58,077 bases of DNA, from positions 1 to 58,077 of the forward strand of contig CAXTSL010000002.1 of assembly GCA_964246975.1 (NCBI GenBank). Direction: 5' to 3'. The stretch comes from an uncultured Sphingomonadaceae bacterium (lineage in GTDB: Bacteria > Pseudomonadota > Alphaproteobacteria > Sphingomonadales > Sphingomonadaceae). Below, piece after piece: positions 53,922 to 58,077 of this stretch. Numbering within the stretch: position 1 is the stretch's first letter; each line of letters starts with the position of its first letter. A program made the translations under genes and the position numbers. A model generated the notes under the pieces. That model ran no database searches. It was not told the origin of the DNA and saw nothing but the letters and a program-made list of their open reading frames with translations.

Positions 53922-55421
53922 ATGCGCGCCCGTCACCGCCTGATCCTCGCGCTCGCCGCCGGCGCGCTCGCCGCGCTCGGCTTCGCGCCGCTGCAGTGGT
54001 GGCCGCTGACCATCGCGAGTGTGGCGGGACTGGTGGCGCTGCTCGACCGGGCGCGCACACGACGGGGTGCGTTCGCGACCGGTTGGTGGTTCGGGGTCGG
54101 CAATTTCACGACGACGCTGGCGTGGATCGCGCATGCCTTCACTTATCAGGCGGCGATGCCGCCGTGGCTGGGGTGGCCGACGGTGGTGCTGCTGTCGATG
54201 TTCCTTGCGCTGTATCCGGGGCTGGCGGCGGGGCTGGCGCACGGCGTACGGCAACCGACGGCGCGTGTCGTGGGGTTCGCCACCGCGTGGATGCTGACCG
54301 AGTGGCTGCGCGGCTGGGTGCTGTCGGGGTTCGCGTGGAGCCCGCTGGGCAGCGCGTGGCTGGCGGCGGGGGGCGTTGCGCAGGGGGCGAGCGTGTTCGG
54401 CGCAGTCGGGCTGTCGGGCGTCATGGTGCTGGCGGGCGGTGCGGTATGGCTGGCGGCGCGGCATAACCGGCTGAGCGCTGCAATGACCTTCGGGGCGCTG
54501 TGCGGCTTCGCGGTGCTGAGCGGGCTGCTCGTGCCTGCGGTCGTCCCCGCGACCGGGCCGATGGTGCACATCGTCCAGCCCGATATCGGGCAGGAGGAGC
54601 GCTGGGACGCCGCCGCCGAGGCACGCCATCTGTCGCTGCAGCTCGACCTGACGCGGCGCGCGCTGCCCCCCGGCCATGCCCCGGCGCTGGTGCTGTGGTC
54701 CGAATCGTCGGTGCAGGGGCTGGCCGAGGAGGATGCGCGGCTGCGCGCCGCGCTGGCATCGGTGCTGGAGCCGCGCGACCTGATGTTGTTCGGTGGGATC
54801 GCAGTCGCGCGCGACAGCGAGGGCAGGGCGACGGCGGCCGCGAACGCGCTGTTCGTGCTCGATTCCGCCGCGCGGCTGCGCGGGCGCTACGACAAGGCGC
54901 ATCTCGTGCCGCTCGGCGAGTACGTGCCCGCGCACGACCTGATGACCGCGCTGGGGCTGGCGCGGCTGTCGCCGGGCGATCTGGGGTTCAAGCCCGGGCC
55001 GGGGCCGCGCACGCTGGCGCTGCCGGGCTTTCCTGCGGTCGGCGTGCAGATTTGCTACGAGATGATCTTTCCCGCCGAAGTCGTCGAGCCTGGCCATCGT
55101 CCCGCCTGGCTGCTGCAGCCGTCGAACGACAGCTGGTACGGGTCGTGGATGCAGCCGCAGCATCTTGACCAGGCGCGGCTGCGCGCCATCGAGGAGGGGC
55201 TGCCGGTGGCGCGCGCGACCCCCAACGGCACCTCGGCGCTGATCGATCCGCTCGGGCGCGTGCTGCACAGCCTCGGGCCGCATCGCGCGGGGGTCATCAG
55301 CGCGCCGCTGCCCGGCGCGCCGGCCCCGACACTGTTCGCGCGCCTGGGCCATTGGACGACGCTCGCGTTCGGGCTGCTGCTCTTGGCGTTCGCCCTATGG
55401 GCAAGTCGCAAGCGGATATAA
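53922..55421 (+). CDS. lnt: Apolipoprotein N-acyltransferase
   Basis: EWLRG, VQPDI, W.E, YDKAHLVPLGEY, ICYE, ND.WY and RAIEEG motifs. Confidence 0.93.
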   Translation: MRARHRLILALAAGALAALGFAPLQWWPLTIASVAGLVALLDRARTRRGAFATGWWFGVGNFTTTLAWIAHAFTYQAAMPPWLGWPTVVLLSMFLALYPGLAAGLAHGVRQPTARVVGFATAWMLTEWLRGWVLSGFAWSPLGSAWLAAGGVAQGASVFGAVGLSGVMVLAGGAVWLAARHNRLSAAMTFGALCGFAVLSGLLVPAVVPATGPMVHIVQPDIGQEERWDAAAEARHLSLQLDLTRRALPPGHAPALVLWSESSVQGLAEEDARLRAALASVLEPRDLMLFGGIAVARDSEGRATAAANALFVLDSAARLRGRYDKAHLVPLGEYVPAHDLMTALGLARLSPGDLGFKPGPGPRTLALPGFPAVGVQICYEMIFPAEVVEPGHRPAWLLQPSNDSWYGSWMQPQHLDQARLRAIEEGLPVARATPNGTSALIDPLGRVLHSLGPHRAGVISAPLPGAPAPTLFARLGHWTTLAFGLLLLAFALWASRKRI

Positions 55422-55435
55422 GGATAGCTTTATAT
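55416..55435. promoter_or_regulatory. SahR-type operator upstream of metK
   Basis: ATATAAGG-ATAG-CTTTATAT, near-perfect match to ATATAAAG-N4-CTTTATAT. Confidence 0.75.
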
Positions 55436-55502
55436 GCTTGCCGCGCGCGCACCGCTTGCCTAGACGGCACGCGCAACAGTCGACAGCGGAAAGCCCGGCA
55501 CC

Positions 55503-56744
55503 ATGGCGCGCAGCAACTTCCTCTTCACCAGCGAGTCGGTCAGCGAAGGCCATCCCGACAAGGTCGCCGACCAGATTTCGGACACCGTCGTCGACCTGTT
55601 CCTGGCGAAAGACCCCGAGGCGCGCGTCGCCTGCGAAACGCTGACCACCACCAACCGCGTTGTCCTAGCGGGCGAGGTGCGCGGAGCGGGCATGATCGAC
55701 ACCGACGGCAACTGGGCGCCGGGCGCCCTGGAGGAAATCCAGACCGCCGTGCGCGCGACGGTCAAGGCCATCGGCTATGAGCAGAGCGGCTTCCACTGGC
55801 AGAACCTCGCGTTCGAGAACCACCTCCACCCGCAGTCGGCGCACATCGCGCAAGGCGTCGACGCGAGCGGCAACAAGGACGAGGGTGCCGGCGACCAAGG
55901 CATTATGTTCGGCTATGCCAGCGACGAGACGCCGTCGCTGATGCCCGCGACGCTGCATTATTCGCACAAGATCCTCGAACGCATGGCCGCCGACCGGCAT
56001 TCGGGGGCGGCGCCCTTCCTCGAACCCGACGCCAAGAGCCAGGTGACGCTGGCCTACGAGAACGAGGTGCCGGTGCGCGCCACCGCGCTCGTCGTCTCGA
56101 CACAGCACGCCCCCGATTACTGCCTGCCGTGGGAGAAGGACGGCGAGGCCGGCGGCGATGCGGCGAAGTACGCCGAGTTGCGGTCCTATGTCGAAAGCGT
56201 CTTCGCCGATGTGCTGCCGCAAGGCTTCATCACCGCCGATACGGTCATCCACGTCAACCCGACGGGGCGTTTCGAGATCGGCGGTCCCGACGGCGATGCG
56301 GGCGTAACTGGGCGCAAGATCATCGTCGACACCTACGGCGGCGCAAGCCCGCACGGCGGCGGCGCGTTCAGCGGCAAGGACCCGACCAAGGTCGACCGCT
56401 CGGCGGCCTATGCCTGCCGCTACCTCGCCAAGCAGGTCGTCGGCGCGGGGCTGGCGAAGCGCTGCACGATCCAGATTAGCTATGCCATCGGGGTCGCCGA
56501 GCCGCTGAGCTTCTACGTCGACACGCACGGCACGGGCACGGTCGGCGACGACCGGCTGGAGCAGGTGCTGCCGACGCTGATGCGCCTGACGCCCAAGGGC
56601 ATCCGCACCCACCTCAGGCTCAACGCGCCGATCTACCAGCGCACCGCCGCCTATGGGCATTTCGGGCGCGAACCCGATGCGCAAGGCGGTTTCTCGTGGG
56701 AGAAGCTCGATCTGGTCGATGCGCTGCGGGCGCAACTGGCGTAG
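55503..56744 (+). CDS. metK: S-adenosylmethionine synthetase
   Basis: [19 protein letters not shown] and [16 protein letters not shown] motifs. Confidence 0.98.
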   Translation: MARSNFLFTSESVSEGHPDKVADQISDTVVDLFLAKDPEARVACETLTTTNRVVLAGEVRGAGMIDTDGNWAPGALEEIQTAVRATVKAIGYEQSGFHWQNLAFENHLHPQSAHIAQGVDASGNKDEGAGDQGIMFGYASDETPSLMPATLHYSHKILERMAADRHSGAAPFLEPDAKSQVTLAYENEVPVRATALVVSTQHAPDYCLPWEKDGEAGGDAAKYAELRSYVESVFADVLPQGFITADTVIHVNPTGRFEIGGPDGDAGVTGRKIIVDTYGGASPHGGGAFSGKDPTKVDRSAAYACRYLAKQVVGAGLAKRCTIQISYAIGVAEPLSFYVDTHGTGTVGDDRLEQVLPTLMRLTPKGIRTHLRLNAPIYQRTAAYGHFGREPDAQGGFSWEKLDLVDALRAQLA

Positions 56745-56771
56745 GCGGCCTGCGTCGGGTATACCGAACCG

Positions 56772-57050
56772 ATGAGCATGACCACGATTACGCCGGTGCG
56801 TTTGCCGGGGCCGCCGCGGATCACCCGAACACCGGGGGTGATGGGTGGCGTTCCCTGCATTGATGGCACGCGTGTGCCGGTCGAGCAGATACTTGCCTGT
56901 GTCATGGGCGGCGATGCAGCCGACGACATCTATGCCGACTATGCCCGCATTCCGTTCGGTGCGGTCGAGCTGGCGATCGACTGGGCGAAGGATAACGGAT
57001 TTGACACTGCGGTTCCTGATCGACGAATGCCTGTCGCAGCTGCTCGTTGA
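56772..57050 (+). CDS. DUF433 antitoxin
   Basis: PGVMGGVPCIDGTRVPV motif. Confidence 0.88.
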   Translation: MSMTTITPVRLPGPPRITRTPGVMGGVPCIDGTRVPVEQILACVMGGDAADDIYADYARIPFGAVELAIDWAKDNGFDTAVPDRRMPVAAAR

Positions 57051-57372
57051 AGCTGCGGTTTTCTTCGGTCACGAAGCCGTTCACGTAAACCATCGCGGCC
57101 TTGCCAGCCGACGCGACGATTCGCTGGCGCGATATTGTGTCGATACCGATACGACGATGGTGACCAACAATGGTCGCGATTTCCGCCGCCTGTATGCAGG
57201 ACTGCCGGTGCATCCGGGTCTCGTCGTCATCCTTCCAAGCGTCAATCGACCGGGACAACGGATATTGTTCGAGGCCGTGCTTCGGCATCTCGAAGCACAG
57301 CCCGATATCGTCAACAGGTTGCTCGAAGTCGATGCGAATGGCGTTGTCACTGTCAGCGATTGGCCCGCATGA
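57001..57372 (+). CDS. DUF5615 PIN-like toxin
   Basis: RFLIDECLS, HV, DD, VTNN.RDF and HPGLVV motifs; TTG start inferred. Confidence 0.82.
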   Translation: MTLRFLIDECLSQLLVEAAVFFGHEAVHVNHRGLASRRDDSLARYCVDTDTTMVTNNGRDFRRLYAGLPVHPGLVVILPSVNRPGQRILFEAVLRHLEAQPDIVNRLLEVDANGVVTVSDWPA

Positions 57373-58049
57373 CCGACCCCGCCACCACGCGCCGACTCTA
57401 CGGGCGCCGGCAGGGCCATGCGTTGCGCGCTGGGCAGGCGGCGCTGGTGGAGACGATGTTTCCGCAGGTCGCGGTGCCCGCCAAGGGTCCGCTCGAGGCG
57501 CGCACTCTGTTCGGCGACGATCGGGCGTTGTGGCTCGAGATCGGCTTCGGTGCGGGCGAGCATCTCGCGGGTCAGGCGGCGGCGCACCCCGACGTGGGCC
57601 TGATCGGCTGCGAGCCCTTCCTCAACGGCGTCGTCGGCGCGCTGAAGCACATCCGCGACGGCGCGCTGACCAACGTCCGGCTGCACATGGGCGACGCGCT
57701 CGACGTGCTCGATCGCCTGCCGCCAGCGTCGCTCGATCGCGCCTTCCTGCTCCATCCCGATCCCTGGCCCAAGGCGCGCCATGCCCGGCGGCGCTTCGTC
57801 AATCCGGGGCCGCTCGACCTGCTCGCGTCGCGGCTGCGGCCGGGTGCGGAGTTGCGTATCGGCACCGATCATCCGGTCTATCTGCGCTGGACGCTGATGC
57901 AGATGGCGGCGCGCACCGACTTCGCGTGGCTCGCCGCCGCGCCCGCCGACTGGCAGGACCGCCCGGTCGACTGGCCGCCGACGCGCTATGAGGTCAAGGC
58001 GCGCCGCCAGGGACACGAGGTCTGGTACTTCCGATACGTACGCCTTTAG
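57369..58049 (+). CDS. trmB: tRNA (guanine-N7)-methyltransferase
   Basis: LEIGFGAGEH, GCEPFLNG, PDPWPK.RH..RR and TRYE.KA motifs. Confidence 0.96.
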   Translation: MTDPATTRRLYGRRQGHALRAGQAALVETMFPQVAVPAKGPLEARTLFGDDRALWLEIGFGAGEHLAGQAAAHPDVGLIGCEPFLNGVVGALKHIRDGALTNVRLHMGDALDVLDRLPPASLDRAFLLHPDPWPKARHARRRFVNPGPLDLLASRLRPGAELRIGTDHPVYLRWTLMQMAARTDFAWLAAAPADWQDRPVDWPPTRYEVKARRQGHEVWYFRYVRL

Positions 58050-58077
58050 GGGCTGGAAAGTTTCCAGAAAATGTTTG

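Noticed and set aside
58053-58067. Palindrome CTGGAAA-G-TTTCCAG after trmB
   Set aside because: At the window edge; not enough context to call it an operator, terminator or element end.

Overview
High-GC alphaproteobacterial chromosomal segment; gene content and order point to Sphingomonadales (inference). It is mostly core metabolism and regulation: ppk, maeB, amiC-rne, xseA, aceA-ScfR/RamB-aceB, bdhA-patatin, pckA, chvI-chvG-hprK/rapZ-PTS, lnt-metK-trmB, two tRNAs, three TonB-dependent receptors and two type II TA pairs. No integrase, transposase, phage structural gene or CRISPR array was recognised. Most notable: (1) an apparently uncharacterised five-gene uptake/processing locus after tRNA-Pro (FrnE/DsbA, MFS, TonB receptor, two tandem paralogues with a dirigent/allene-oxide-cyclase-like TGGTGxFRFARG motif, only one with a Tat signal); (2) two cases where one cargo gene lies between slightly diverged duplicates of a housekeeping-gene end (hda-like 3' end; xseA 5' end), suggesting recombinase-free gene capture; (3) an in-frame HprK-RapZ fusion; (4) a 21-codon ORF whose leader is complementary to 15 nt of the 16S rRNA 3' end; (5) a GafZ-like/RogA-like gene-transfer-agent regulator pair. 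All calls come from reading the sequence and recognising motifs; no searches were run.
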